In this document: piece after piece, positions 1 through 13,181 of the stretch
Layout of the letters: each line of letters starts with the position of its first letter
Numbering within the stretch: position 1 is the stretch's first letter
From: Marsupella aquatica
Taxonomy: Eukaryota; Plantae; Marchantiophyta
Assembly: GCA_973895155.1 (NCBI GenBank)
Contig: OZ316894.1
Location: 15,740,699 to 15,804,698, forward strand
Direction of reading: 5' to 3'
Length of the DNA stretch: 64,000 nucleotides
The notes under the pieces: model-generated
Databases searched by the model: none
What the model was told of the DNA's origin: nothing
What the model saw: only the letters and a program-made list of their open reading frames with translations
Translations under genes and position numbers: made by a program

Positions 1-1034
1 AGTAATCTGGCAAAACCCTGGAAGTCTGAATAGCCCCCCTACGACAACAGCAGACATATTCGACCACAATTTGTTTGCTCTGTTTCTGATGTCGCCGACT
101 CCACCATTATCGGACACTAATCACACGATCGTTCTCCAAAACACACTCTAGTGGCCGACAGCTTCGCCCGCCCTGATGAGCAAGAGACGATAAGGAGGAA
201 TCGGCGCAACTAAAAACTCTTGAGAGGAGGGTGCGACAATGATAAAGCTGGCCTTGAGACACCAACAGCTGCTTCGTCGCAACACTGCCAATTCTCGGCT
301 TCGTCCGTGTGCTCCACTTGCTACTGTCCTCCGAACCATTTTTTTCTAAAACCATCCCCGGCGCCTTTCTTTCCCTCTCACGTCTGACAGTCCCGGGGCC
401 TCTCCCTATAGTTGAGTACTCGAAGGGCCGCCCGAGGGGCCGATGAAAGGTCTCCTACCTACCTAGTTTTCTCAGGCACGCCAATCGATCGCAGACAAGC
501 ACACCGACTCACCCAACCCAGCTAAACGAGACTCGATTTACACGACGAACGGGTGACTAACGCGTCGCTATTTATTAGGGTGCTTAGTCTCTCTAACGCT
601 GTATATTGCTCTAATTGATGTAAATTCAGTAAGATACCCTAATTGAATTTTTTTGTTTTGTTTTTGACATATCTAGACTGTCAAGTAAGGCAAAGAAATT
701 CGGGAATTGGTTATCTTTTTAATATTTCATGATATTTAACAATGGTTTGAAGCTTTTTAAACACACAAGAGGTTCATCCATCCACAAGGGAGCTATAAGA
801 ATTGGGTTGAGGGCCATCCTGACTTAAACTTCTGAGTTGAAAGGAATAAATAGAAAGAAACTAGCAATGACAATCCTTCAATGGAGTGCTTAGGTTAGGT
901 GTATTGTTAAATAGAGATTTGAAGACAAGTATGACATAAATAACAAATCTCAAGAAGAGAAAGATCCCAGATTGAAGTTGGTCTGGACAATTAGCTTCAA
1001 TGATCATGAAAGTACTAGCCCATGCCTGTGCGTT

Positions 1035-1742
1035 GCACGAAAGATGTTGAGGTGATAAAAGATGTTGAGGAGAGAAATGATGTTGAAGTGAGCAAAAGAT
1101 GTTGAGGTGATGAAAAATGTCAAGGAGAGAAAAGATGAGGTGAGCAAACGATTTCAAGGTGATAAATGATTTCGGGGTGAGAAAATATGTCAAAGAGATA
1201 AAAGATGTTGAGGAGAGAAATGATGTTGAAGTGAGCAAAAGATGTTGAGGTGATAAAAGATGTTGAGGAGAGAAGTTAATTGTCAAGGTGAGCAAAAAAT
1301 GTGAAGGTGATAAACACGTCCAGGCGAGAGAAGATGTTGACGTGAGGAAAAGATATTGAGGTGAAGAAAGCCAGGAAAAAGATGTCGATGAGTAAAAGAA
1401 GTCGAGGTGAGAAAAAATTGTCAAGGAGAGAAACTATGGTGAAGTGACAAAGAGTCGTAAAGATGAAGGAAAGATCTCAAGGAGAGAAAAAAACGTCAAG
1501 GGTGAGGAAAAGATCTGAAGGTGAGGAAAGTATGGCAAGATTAGAAAAACATAAGATGTTGAGACAAGGAAAAGATGTCAAGCCAAGTGAGAAAAGTTCT
1601 CAAGGAAACAAAAGATGTCAAGGGTAAGAAAAAATGTCGTGGTGAGATAAAGATGTGAATGTGAGAAAAATATATCAAAGCAAGATAAAGATGTTGAGAA
1701 GAAATAAAATTGTAAAGATTTAAAAAAGATGTCAAGGCAAGG
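1035..1742. repeat. Degenerate purine-rich minisatellite, ~19-20 bp unit (approx. AAAAGATGTYGAGGWGAGA)
   Basis: Dozens of imperfect copies of aagatgttgaggtga/aagatgtcaaggaga. The repetitive ORFs 861..1424 and 1541..1780 (SPQHL repeats) are by-products. Confidence 0.85.
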
Positions 1743-1808
1743 CAAAAACAAAAATGCTTTGCGATGTAGTGGTGAGGCATGTTATGTGTGATCTTGAATG
1801 ATTATATA

Positions 1809-2143
1809 CACTTTTCACCGTAATTAGTGTTATGCAAGAATTAGTGTTAGTACAAAATTAGTGTTACTAACACTAATTTTGGTAGATTTGATTTTGAGTC
1901 CAAGTAACACTAATTTTTGTCGGTTTTCAATCATTTTTTCACTTTAGTTTAAATTGCTTGTAAAAAATGGATGATCTTTAGTCCAAAGTAACACTAATTG
2001 TTGTGGTTTTTTCAAAATAGTTTTTATCTCTCTATTTTGCCACTCTTAAGACCAGAGTAACACTAATTCATGAGCGCAAAAATAATGTTAGCACAAAATT
2101 AATGAGCGCAAATTAATGTGACCGTGATTTACCATGATCAGTG
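1809..2143 (+). mobile_element. MITE, family A copy 1 (CACT.. termini, TTAGTGTTA subterminal repeats)
   Basis: Starts TA|CACTTTTCACCGTAATTAGTG and is nearly identical to 17659-17960. The right end ..TTTACCATGATCAGTG is a degenerate TIR. Confidence 0.85.
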
Positions 2144-2354
2144 CAACATATATGTATGAAATGTTGCATCAAACCTGGTAAACAACCCATTTTGTAGGAC
2201 ATAAAGCGGGACATAAAGTTATCAGATGTTTGGGTTTCACTTTCACAAATCAGCACATCATGTACAACAAAAGTGGTGGACCTTGCCACCCAGTGCCCTC
2301 ACCAATCCCAGCACCCACGCCTAAGTGCCCCTGGTGCCCGAATGCTTCCACGGA

Positions 2355-3766
2355 ATACCTCAAGCAAGAAACCTAGTGCCCCTTGCACAACCAACGGCCC
2401 CTCCCATACGAAGCCACACTTGCTCCCCAACACAACCGCTACTCAACGGTCCTCACAGTCTGCACAAGCAACCAAGTGTCTCGGTAAGTAACCCTTCAGG
2501 ATCTAGAACTCCCAAGTCTAGCATCCTAACTCAAGTTCACAGACATTGGTAAATAGGTCAATTATAGGTCCTCCCGATGCTTTAAGCCGGAACCAGAATC
2601 CACACCCATTGGTTGTCCATAACAGCTCCTTCCTTGAGCGCGGTCTGGGTTACCCCTTGTACCTATCCATCACCAACTGACCGCCCTGACCCCAAGACAT
2701 GCTCATGGCCCAAATAGCGTAGCTTGTCCTAAAGCTTGTCCCAAGTTTATCCCAACATGCCGGGACCAGAATGGCCCCTACTCTAGCAACCAACTCCTAG
2801 TTCTCGCCCCATTGATGGTCTAGGGGCTAGGCACCCTTGGAACTCAACCTCCACGCCTACTTGGCCTTTCCTCCCCAACGCAAGCTCCCTTGGGAGACTG
2901 AACGCGGCTTGGCTGCTGTTCGGCAGGATTTGGCAAGCGGGCAAGCCAACACCCGCAAACCTCAAGAACCCATGGCGCCCCCAGATCCAGCTGAGCTCAA
3001 GAGGACGTAGCCCTCCTTGAGAGCTTTCCAACGCACCCAAGAAGTCCTCCAACAAACTTCCTGTTGGGAAGATATCGCCGTTTCCGTTTGGCGCTTTCCC
3101 TTAATGTCGCGACCGCTGCGGCTCACGACTTCGGCTTGCCCTTGGCCCCCAAGGAGACACCACTCCCCTTATGTATGCTTCTGGAGACCTGTCACCCCCA
3201 GACCAGCTTTGGTCCCTAAACATTTGGCCTCCAACCCGGATCCTATCGCGCATACTGGGTGCGCCACCAACTGGCAACGCCCATATCTTTCTCGTTAGGC
3301 GTTCGCAAGTGGAGTGCCTTAGCCCGTTGTGATTGGGCCGACCCAATGCTCATGCCTAGGCCCTCAAGTCTCATTGCCGCTCAGGGCCCCCGACCAACCC
3401 AACCCGGATCGGGCCATAACTTGCGCCCCAAACGTCCGTTGCCCATGGCGTCAACTCCATTGGCCTTGGGCCCAAGAGGAGCTCTCACTCAAGCCCTCAG
3501 AACTCAAAGTCCGTCCGGGGGTCCGGACGGTCGACCTTGAGTCCGGCCTGTTTCCCCTTGACCCAACCAGCTCTCAGCTAGCCTAAGTCCTTAGTGTGTG
3601 TCACCAGCTTGGCGCCTTGCCTTCGCCAGTGCCATTTCCCATTGCTCACAAGTCTCCCCATGCTAAGTCCTCCCCGGAGGGCCTATCCGGGCCTGGACCA
3701 TAAGGGAGCTCGGCGTCGGAGTCAGCGACGCTGGAGCTAAGTGTTAAGGTAGTCGAGTTCCGTGAC
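2355..3766. mobile_element. Family B interspersed repeat, copy lacking the left inverted repeat
   Basis: Colinear similarity to ~47478-48890, ending ..AAGGTAGTCGAGTTCCGTGAC. A short fragment also lies at ~6060-6150. Confidence 0.8.
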
Positions 3767-3839
3767 TACAAAGCATAGAATTATTTGATTGGTTCTAAGG
3801 GAAAATTTAAGAATTTTCCCTTAGAAGAACATTAGGGTT

Positions 3840-4480
3840 TAATTCCAGATCTTTATTAGGTTGCCCCCCAAAATGGGCGATATAAGAATCCTCACCCCCA
3901 AACTATTTTTATTTCCATATATGTTTCCACCCCAAACAATATACTTTACACATCACATGTTCCCTCCCACAGAAGCATGTGATTGGCCCTCCATCAACCC
4001 AGGTGGGTTACCCTAACCCATCATTGCTCCCCTCTAGTCTGGTTGCTCGTGCCCTTGCATCGAGTGTGAGTGCCTGCTATTGCCCACAAACTGCTTCCCA
4101 AGCATAGAGCACCTTGGTTTTTCTTCAAAAAAATGTGCTTGCTTCACACTTTGATTGACTTGCTATGGTCATTAGGATAAGCATTGATTCACTCGTCGCC
4201 TCCATAACTCAAATGACTGTTTAGGAGCTTGAGAAGCAGCTCACCGGGGTGCTCACAGGCAACACAAGGGTGTGGGCTACCAAAGGGGAGCAATGTGGTT
4301 TTAGGCTAATCCATGAGGTTGATGAAGGGCCAGTCACATGCTACCATGGGGGGAATACAAGTTATGTACACCCGTGTAGTATTTGGGGGGCAGTATGGTA
4401 ATAAAAATAGTTTGGGGTCAAGATTGTAATTATAACGCCCAATTTGGGGTGTAACCTAGGAAAAAGCTCTTAGGATTATT
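3840..4480. mobile_element. Degenerate foldback/MITE with ~200 bp imperfect TIRs
   Basis: taggttgccccccaaaatgggcg...aactatttttattt...catgtgattggccct...cattgctcccct is mirrored by aggggagcaatg...agggccagtcacatg...aataaaaatagtt...cgcccaatttggggtgtaaccta. Boundaries approximate. Confidence 0.7.
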
Positions 4481-7400
4481 TTAATCCAATTTTGAGACCT
4501 ATAAGAACATTTGGGTCTTTTTTATCAGAATTTTGGAATATTCCAACTTAATAGGGGTAAAAAAATTACAAGTTTCCTTACATTTTAGTGGGCCCAAGGC
4601 CTCAAAATGGCACTGGTGATGGGGAGGCCTCCATATACTCAGTGAGACTCCCAAGATCAGACGTCTTGCACAATGTCGTAAAGTGAGGGTCATCAAAAGA
4701 CATTAATATCTTTGAACGTCTTTAGTGATATGGTACAAGGAAGTCCCGCAAGATGTAAGGATTGTTAGAGTATGAAACATCTCCAGAGTCGTGGGTGACG
4801 TTCTCAATAAATTGCTCACATGGAACAACATAAATGAGTGAATAATAATATTATAATGCTCATGAACTAGCCGGTTCAGAGTTTTGTTTTGTGTGGGGGG
4901 GGGGAGGGTGGATAATATTTGAGGGTAACAGTGCTTCATTAAAATACAGAGGCACAAAAATAACCAGTCAAGGCAAGTAGTCTGATCATATAACAAATGC
5001 ATCATATATACAAAAGGGCCTGTAAACCCTAATTTCCACATACACAAGAATATGCTGGAATGTGCAACAGGAACCCACCTATCCCAATGTGCCCCTCCAT
5101 CTCTACTACCTGATGCATGTGGCCACAATTCTCGTCAATCCTTGACATCCCCGGACTCATCCTAAATCCCTTCATGTTGCTGAGACTCCCTCATACCCTC
5201 CCTAGATTGTCACGCACTATCCCTCTCACCCCAGCTAAACTCTGGCACTGACTGCCGATGGTGGACTCCATATACCCCCTCACCTAAGGGCTCTCTCGGC
5301 AAAAGTCACAGACTGCTCTACCATCCTATCGTGCTCCTTAGGCACATTTGTTGTGGCCGCCTCCTGCCACTGCTATAGAAAGGCCTATCAAGTGGGCACT
5401 CCTCATCCGCCAAACCTGTGTAATTGGGCTCATCATCCTCTCAAATGTCCCAAGCAACACACCTCGCTCAAGCACTCCAGTACACCTACACCGTAACATA
5501 ACCAACCAAAGTACTAAGGTTAACTCATGCAGACCGACTACCAATAAACAGTTCCCACTCCAAACCCCAATTATAATCCCTCTTTAGTAACCACATGCTC
5601 ATCCTCTAGGGTGTTGTCAAGCCTCAACCACAACACTCAGGCCCATATTTGCTGGAGATGACCCTCTCTTCTTCGGTTGGCTTGGCCTCCTGCCCATATT
5701 GCAACACCAAACATCAAGTCCATTATGTCATTTCAAAAGACGTAAATTAGTTTGTAATGTAGTTTCTTAGTTGGTAACTAAATTCTTTACATCATGTCAA
5801 AACACATTTACAGTCTTTAAATGTTGCTCCAACTGGCGTAGCTTTACTTTGTGTCAACAAACATTAAACTATTGTTGAAAGCTCTGTTATAACATTTACA
5901 TCATTGAAACAATCTTAAACTACATATATCTCAAGCTACATAATGTAAACACTGGAAGCCTATGCGATGCTCATGACTGGGCCCTTAGAACTCATCGTCA
6001 GTTGGGGGTCCTGAACAACTCCGCCCGAGCCGCCCTGTTTCTCATGCACCAAGCATATGTTCCGCATGAACTAAACTTCTATGGCCTTGGGCCCAAGAGG
6101 AGTTCTGACTCAAACGCGCCCTCAAAACTCAGAGGTCGTCCAGGGGTCCGGCTCCTAATGCTCCTACAACCTCCTTGTGACATAGATGTTGTACAGATAG
6201 ATTTTAAATATAATACTTTTTGGGCAAGACAAAGGTTTTGGAAGCACAAGAATTTATGTTATGTCAAATGGGCAAGGAACAATCTTTGGCATGAAACCCC
6301 TCATGTGCCAAAGGCATGTGTGGAGATCACACCCCACATAAGAGACATTCTCCAACCAGTTGCAAAAAGTAATTAAGGATGTATAATAATTGTTCCAACA
6401 ATTTGGGTTTTTTAAATGAATTGTAGTTGATTGAAACCAGAACCTTGCTAGAGAGTTCCTAATTTTGTGGATGATTAGATTTTTGACCATTCCTTTATCA
6501 TATTCATAATATTAAAGGAATATATCCAAGTCAGAAATGATTTGGTAAAAGTACTCCTAGCAAGTAGGTAGAACATCACCTAACCCACAACCCAACTAGT
6601 ATCACTAATAAACAGCTCCATCCTTTGTTTCTCCTCCATTACCTATTCCATGGCCTGTTACATTGCTTTCCCCATTTTATTTTTATTCGTTTAAAAGCCT
6701 TAGAGCAAGTAGGTTTGGAGTATGTAGAATCCATGTTATATGCAGAAACAAAACACATTGCCACACCAAAGATGAGACCGGAGTGGAACTTGAGACCTGC
6801 AGGGTTTTCCTTTCTGTCGTGTTTGCCTACTACATTATTGCTAGCCCTGAAACAAAACCCAATGAGGGGCCTCAACCTCAGTGTGCTTGCCTTAGATATG
6901 GTTGCAATCCAAAACTTGTCAAGTGAGAGGACAAACCCCCCTCTAGGACATCCACGGTTTAAGAGCTATAAAATCAATACTAACAATTCATGTGAGATCC
7001 TATCAGTACATAGACAACGTATCTAGGCATGTGTGTGTTCTCCCAAGGAAGTTAATGCTGGAATACCTTCACGTCCTAAACTCTTTACTGTTGGGCCGTT
7101 TGTTAGCTTGCTCCGCAGGTGTCAAGTTGGCATTCTTCATTACTGAGAGAGATATGGCCCTGCACAACAACACCGGTCATGTACAGTGGTAGTAATCCCT
7201 AGGCAATTTCAGGAAACATGGCTCAAACTATTCACTGGGAGGCATCATCGGGTCGAGAGTAGTCGCGCATTTTAGAGTTATGTTGCTCTGGTAACATCGA
7301 CGAGAGTCGTGTGAGTGAATTTCCTGGGTGGGTGGTTTTGTCGCTTGCGGTACCCAATTCTACAGCTTTGTGCCAGTGCTACAGTTAGCACTCTCAAGTC

Positions 7401-8180
7401 TCAAGCGGTGCGTGGGGCTTCGATGTGTATGTGTATACACATGAGAAAAACGGCAACATTGGGGTGTCCAAAGAGGGCGAAAACAGCCAGAAGGCGGGAA
7501 CGGCCCGCGAGAGGACGCGCGGGTGACAGGCCGGGCGCGACGAAAAGCCCGTGGCGGGTGAGTTTCCCATCAGCCCGCGATCAGGCGGGCTTGGCATTGG
7601 ATGGAACTATCAAACACATAGACGAAGCACACACCTCACACAGAGCTGCTGGCGGAGGAAGGACGAAGGAGGAAAGGTAGCAGACGACGACGAGCAAAAG
7701 GCGGTGTGCAGGAGGTGCGGGGTCTTTGCTTGTTTGTTCGCAAATCAACCGACCCGAGCCGAGCTAGGAGAGTCCATACAGTAAGCAGGAAAGGAAGCGG
7801 TCAGGCGTCTGGTTGTATAGCGGCTTGTAGTAAGTGTGGCTATGGCTTATGGTACTCGCGTCGGTGCTAGCTGTTCCCACGCGCTGTTAAGGAGAGGACA
7901 TTTCCCGCTTGAGATTTTTGTCGATGAAATCAAACAGCAACGGTGGCAGTAGAGCGCGTTAGGGTTTGGGATTGGCAGTAGAGAGAAGACGTAGGACGTG
8001 TGTCCGAAGGGTTGGCGGTGTGATGGAAGAGAGGGAGGTCGTCGTCGCTGACAGACGAAGGGGTGCGCGAGAATAGTAGGAGCAAGGAGAGGCGAGAGCG
8101 GGCGGGCGGGCGAACGGGGTGAGTTTAGGGAAGGCGACGTATTTTAGAGAGTTGGAGGGTGTGAAAGAGGGGGAGGGAAA

Positions 8181-9611
8181 ATGCCGCCGGTGCAGAGATC
8201 AACGCGAATAAATTTGCAGGATTTTAAGAGCAAGTTCTTGAAGATACTTGGCCCCGCGAAAGAAAATCAGTATTGGAGTCTGCTGATGAGCTTTCTGAGC
8301 TTCAAGCTGACCAAGGCAGAGCTGGACAAGCTGGTACCAACCACAATTGGGAAGGAGAATGTGGTGTTGCACAATCAGCTTGTCAAAGCTATATATTTCA
8401 ATGCGACTTGTTCTGATGCTCCGGCTCCGCCCCCGTCTGTGCACGATACGTCGAAACCGGTAAAGGGCATTCGAAGGAAGCCTTTGGTGACCCCAGCTTC
8501 AGTGTCCACCGAAGAGCCGGGTCCTGTGTCTCCCGTGCCAGTGGTACGGGCTAATGGCGATGGGACAGTTCCCTCATCGCCAAGGAAGGGCAGGTCTGCT
8601 ATCAACCGAGACCGGAAGGCGAAGGAAAGGCCTAGCCCCTTGGGCTTTCACCAAAGAGGAGAAGCTTCGACTTCTCAAGGGGGAAGTGCTCTCGATGAGG
8701 AAACCCACCGGATTTTGGAGAATGGGGGTCTTCAGATGCCAGACCTGGCAAGACCCGCCCAGCAATCTCCGTATCCTGCTGAGCATTCCAATTTGGAGCT
8801 AACGAGTCCAAACAAGCGTCAGAGACTTACTCCCGCTGCACCAGGGAATCATGTCTCACAACCGATAGAGGGGAACTCAGGAATGGGCGGGATGGGGCAG
8901 CCCAGAGAGGAGTTGGAGGATGTGGAAGAAAACGACGATGAGGAAGACGAGGACAATGACGGTGACACTGCCTTGTTGTCTAACAGGTTTGTTAAGCCAC
9001 CCTTAGGTGTACCTTTCTGTGTTTCTAGTGTGGGGGCTCCGCGGAGGGTGCCGTTTATGGGTTTGGTGGGTCCAATTACACACTCTCTGCTTGGGGATAG
9101 TCTTGACGACGGATGTTTTGAGGAAAGCGAATTGCCAGATGCAGAAGGTATGCAAAGACGCATGCAACAAACTGCCGTTATGGAGAATAGTTTGGAGGGT
9201 GTTAGCCCAGAGGCTGCCAATTTGCTCAACATTGCGTTGGATGTTTACCTGAAAAGTCTTATCAAACCTGCCATTGACCTTCGACGTGCAAAGCGTTCCG
9301 CTAAAAACAGGGAGAAGAAGTTTGCTAGTAAGGAGAATGGAGGGATTTATCTAGGGAAAAATCTCAGGAAAGATGGCACTAGTGTAATTTCACACAAGCA
9401 GATGAATGGGACATGGCCTGTCCACATTTCCAGGAGAGATGGAAATGCAGTTGGAGCAGAATCTGCAGCTTCAGAGGACGCAGCGAAATGCGGCTCATCA
9501 GTGATTACAGCTCTGGACTTTAAAGTGGCAATGGAGATCAACCCTCAACTACTTGGGGAAGAGTGGCCAACTCTCATGGAAAAGATAGCGCTGAGAGTGT
9601 TCGATCAATAG
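8181..9611 (+). CDS. ADA1: Transcriptional coactivator ADA1/TADA1 (SAGA-Tad1 domain), single-exon CDS, 476 aa
   Basis: N-terminal RINLQDFK..LG......YW.....FLSFKLTK.E.......IG.ENV.LHNQL, the RDRK...RPSPLG motif, and the C-terminal EGVS.EAANLLN.ALDVYLKSLI and DFKVAMEINPQLLGE.WP segments are typical of plant ADA1. Confidence 0.92.
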   Translation: MPPVQRSTRINLQDFKSKFLKILGPAKENQYWSLLMSFLSFKLTKAELDKLVPTTIGKENVVLHNQLVKAIYFNATCSDAPAPPPSVHDTSKPVKGIRRKPLVTPASVSTEEPGPVSPVPVVRANGDGTVPSSPRKGRSAINRDRKAKERPSPLGFHQRGEASTSQGGSALDEETHRILENGGLQMPDLARPAQQSPYPAEHSNLELTSPNKRQRLTPAAPGNHVSQPIEGNSGMGGMGQPREELEDVEENDDEEDEDNDGDTALLSNRFVKPPLGVPFCVSSVGAPRRVPFMGLVGPITHSLLGDSLDDGCFEESELPDAEGMQRRMQQTAVMENSLEGVSPEAANLLNIALDVYLKSLIKPAIDLRRAKRSAKNREKKFASKENGGIYLGKNLRKDGTSVISHKQMNGTWPVHISRRDGNAVGAESAASEDAAKCGSSVITALDFKVAMEINPQLLGEEWPTLMEKIALRVFDQ

Positions 9612-12600
9612 GAAGCTTTCTTCACAAGGCAGCATGACAAGATTTTCCTGGCCATGTTTTTCTCTGCGGCATTGTAATATCTTGTCTTCACCTTCTACTC
9701 CATTTTTCGTATTCTTTATTCTTTTGACCTCCGTCTTCATCATGCTTTTTTTTTCCCTCCCTTTATTGGACCAACTCTGCCTTTCTCATCGTAGTTTCCA
9801 TCTCGGGCGGCTCGTATCTGCCGTAATCTCTTACTCGTGGTTCTTGGGAAGGCAGCCTTGGTCCCGTGAAGTGGCAGGAAATCATTTCTAGGAACTCATA
9901 TCACTATTTAGGTGGCTTTTGAATATATTGGAGCGAAGATGAAGCTGGTGGAGGAGGTGAGGCAATATGGTGACAGCTTTCACCCTCTAGATTCTTCCTC
10001 ACTGAAAGATACCGTTATTGGCATCATCCTCTTCATAGGAATTGCAAAGCAGAGAGGAATATTAATACTGTGCAACAGGCAGAAGCATTTGCAGACAACA
10101 TTTCGGAGATGAATTGCTCGACCAGTTAGGTTTGATATTGATGCAGTCCAGAGCCTGTTGTCCATGACCGTTCATGTGGTTCTCAATTTAGCAACATGCC
10201 ACATCTTTTCTGGGGTTTACGCCTCCGACCTTGCTACCTGGACTCAGGAAGACAGAACACGTGTTTTCATCATCCAGATGGACGAAGGCAATGAGACAAC
10301 TTGAGGCGGCCTACAATGCAAGCTGGTGCTTTCTTATGAAGGAGATCAAGCAACACAGATGTGACCACGCAGGCTTGCTGTGCACGTGGAGACTCGTTTA
10401 CCTACTTCAATTTACCATCACTTGCATGGTAAGAAACAGTTTTGCTCGAAATGAAAGCTTAGGAAATCTCAAAGTTCTCGCACTTGGAGTGTTGATGCTC
10501 TCAAGCCGTGATATAATTCCGGTGTTGTTCTGATTGTCAAAACCGTAATGTCAATTGAACAACAGGTCTTGGTTCACCTTGCACTGTCAGGGCCATACGT
10601 TGGATTTTGCTGTTAACTTGAGTGAACCTTGCGATAAGGTACTTGTTTCCTGGCTGTTCTTTTAATAAATTACTCCTCAAGTGATTCTTTTCCTGCTTCA
10701 AACGAAGCAAGCACTGACATCTTTGTGTCTTGCAGGACTTGACACCGTCACAGGAAATTTACGATTGGCCTTTTACGCTCTTGGATGGATTAAAATGGAA
10801 GGCTATCTGAAGATGGGGTCATAACTGGGTAGTTCCATTTCACGGGCAAAAGCAAAGAATATCTGATAACAGTATGGGTGTGCCTTTGGTGTTTCGACCA
10901 CAGAAATCAAGAAGACACACAGGTTGAAAGAGCACTCCTTATGGCATCATTTATTATTTAAAAATGTTATGCTACCCAGTCAAGTTTGCGGGATACTGAA
11001 AGGCAAGTCGAGTCCAGTTTGAGACCGGTGATGGCAACTAATTGGATGTTGAAGAACAAGTGATGCGTGATGGTAACGTTCCCGAAAAAAACCCTCGACG
11101 ATTACCCTCTGCCTTTAGTGACATACAACTACGATGGAGGAAGTTTAGCTGTATTATAGAAGTTTTTGCTTTCCGTCATACAAAGGCACATAGAAAATGC
11201 AGTGTCAAGGAAGTTTATTGGTTGCAATGTTTACACTAGTAGGCGTCAGCATTCAATCTGACACGATGAAGTGAATTGTCCAGCCACATAAATGCAGCTG
11301 CCTGCGGAATTGGGTAGCAGTTTAGCGTTGTAAGCGCATGAATACAACAGAAACCTAAGATACTGATGTTTCCGTCCATGTCACATCCAGTCAGGTTCAG
11401 GTGTCCAAGATAGAAAGCCCTAGCGACAGTGATGCGCCAAAGAGGGTGTAGGTTTTCTTAGCCAAAATGTTGGTTAACTCAATGGTGTAGATCGGGTCGC
11501 CTTGCTAATGGTAAGCAATCCACAATAGAATGTAGTGTTTTAAATTTTTCATAGTGTTTCTGCGGGGGCTGTCTACGCTAAGAGATGACCCTCTCCCCGA
11601 ACTTTAGCGGGAAAGGGCCCTGACCACGTCAGTTAATGGTGCGGCTGGGCTGGACCTTCAAAAGTATGGTTGACTTGCACGCTTTGTGCTGGTTGTTAGC
11701 TCAGAAGAGTCGAGGTTTGATACATGTCACCGTGATGAGGTTGTTTACCTTCAATCTCGGATGTCCACAGAAGTTATTGTTATAAATGTGGAGTGACCAA
11801 CTGGTCCCTGGTCCACTTTTGTGGACCACGGTATCTTTCATCTCGGTTTTTGGAGAGAGCTATGACCTCTCGTTTATTTTATCTACAATCTGTAAGAGCG
11901 CGCAACAATGTGTATGGTTAATGGAATGCTAATCTAATTCTTGCCTACCAGTGTACAGTAAGGCTCATTTAAATCGCAGTCATTCTCAGTATAAATGTTT
12001 TGAGGGGTTTAAGATGGTATCCTCTATTGGATGGGATTCAAGAATTGACAGGGTCGCCACACTTATTCAATAACAAAAGCTCACCAACAGCATCCCCCAC
12101 GCTTTTCCATACAAATATCAGTGTTCTGAAAATGTTGTGTTTCCTTTTGACAAGTGAAATGATCTACCCAGGTCCATCTACTTCTTGGACATGAAAAATT
12201 ATTATCGTTATGAGACAATTGATGTTGCGAAGGAAGAGTGCGAATCTTTTGGTGTTCCCGTTCTCATTGAATGCACTTCTAACCAGATAAAATTAGTTTT
12301 AAAGCTCTGCTGCCCTTCACGAATAATTTATTCATAGATATAAGGAGCAAGAAGAAACGATACCGGTATCGTTGTTCTCGTGTGTAGGCGTGGAAAGTTT
12401 TTAAAGTCTTTTTGCTTCAAACCCTCAAAAACAGAGTTCAGGTTCAGAAAACTTGGTTCCGCACGTTTTGTACACGTACGCTCTCATTTGGCGGTGTAAA
12501 AAAGATTGTTCAAAGGAAAAATTATCAATCAAGTCCTCCAACTTACTTCCTTGGAACTCCTCCTACTTACTTGTGTTGCACTCAACAATAAAACTATCCA

Positions 12601-12684
12601 GCAAGTCTTGGGACTCATCCGTCGTTCCTAGTGTTACGCAGTATCCTGCAGATGCTATGCCGACGTCGAAGCTGCCATGTTGAG

Positions 12685-12765
12685 GACTCGAATGTGTCGG
12701 GTCATAGCATTGATTCGAATGTGTCCGGTCATAGCATTGATTCGAATGTGTCGAGTCATAGCATC
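12685..12765. repeat. Tandem repeat, 3 x 27 bp (GATTCGAATGTGTCSGGTCATAGCATT)
   Basis: Directly visible, downstream of YCF54. Confidence 0.9.
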
Positions 12766-13181
12766 CATCGGTCCGAGTTCAGTGCTTTGCAAAATGTCGT
12801 CCTTTTTAATTTTTGCGTGTAGAAGCGGACGCGGGTTCGACAACTGCCCCGTGTTTCCTTCAGTGGTGAGTGCGATTCCGCACTTTAACAATGCTCCAAC
12901 AAACTTTACCATGTCCAATTCGCGTAGTTATCATTCTTTGTCTAGATACTTCCCATTACTGAAACATTGCTTTTATCCAAAACATGAACAAATATAGAAG
13001 ACTGTTATCAGCAAGCTATGGGTACCTTCTCTCAACTTAAACCTATATATCTAACCAGACCATCCATTACCAATATGGTCCAGTAACGGACTACATAATT
13101 TTAATTATGTCTCGCAAAAAGGAACGGGAATGACCACTGTCGAAGGCAATTAGAGGAATTTTACTCGCCTTCAGAAGCCTA

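Noticed and set aside
160-470. Possible hammerhead/HDV-like ribozyme (CTGATGAG at ~173; GGCC..GGCCGATGAAA at ~425-447)
   Set aside because: The conserved core elements are not correctly juxtaposed with closing stems. The region is more likely the 5' UTR/promoter of something outside the window.
1035-1742. CRISPR-like array
   Set aside because: Contiguous degenerate units with no unique spacers, in a eukaryotic context.
861-1780. ORFs of 187 and 79 aa
   Set aside because: Translations of the minisatellite.
4500-7200. Short ORFs, possible old retroelement remnants
   Set aside because: No convincing RT, integrase or transposase motif could be read.
8199-9541. Antisense and alternate-frame ORFs overlapping ADA1 (similar ones overlap VTI1, LPAT and RFWD3)
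   Set aside because: Shadow ORFs of real genes.
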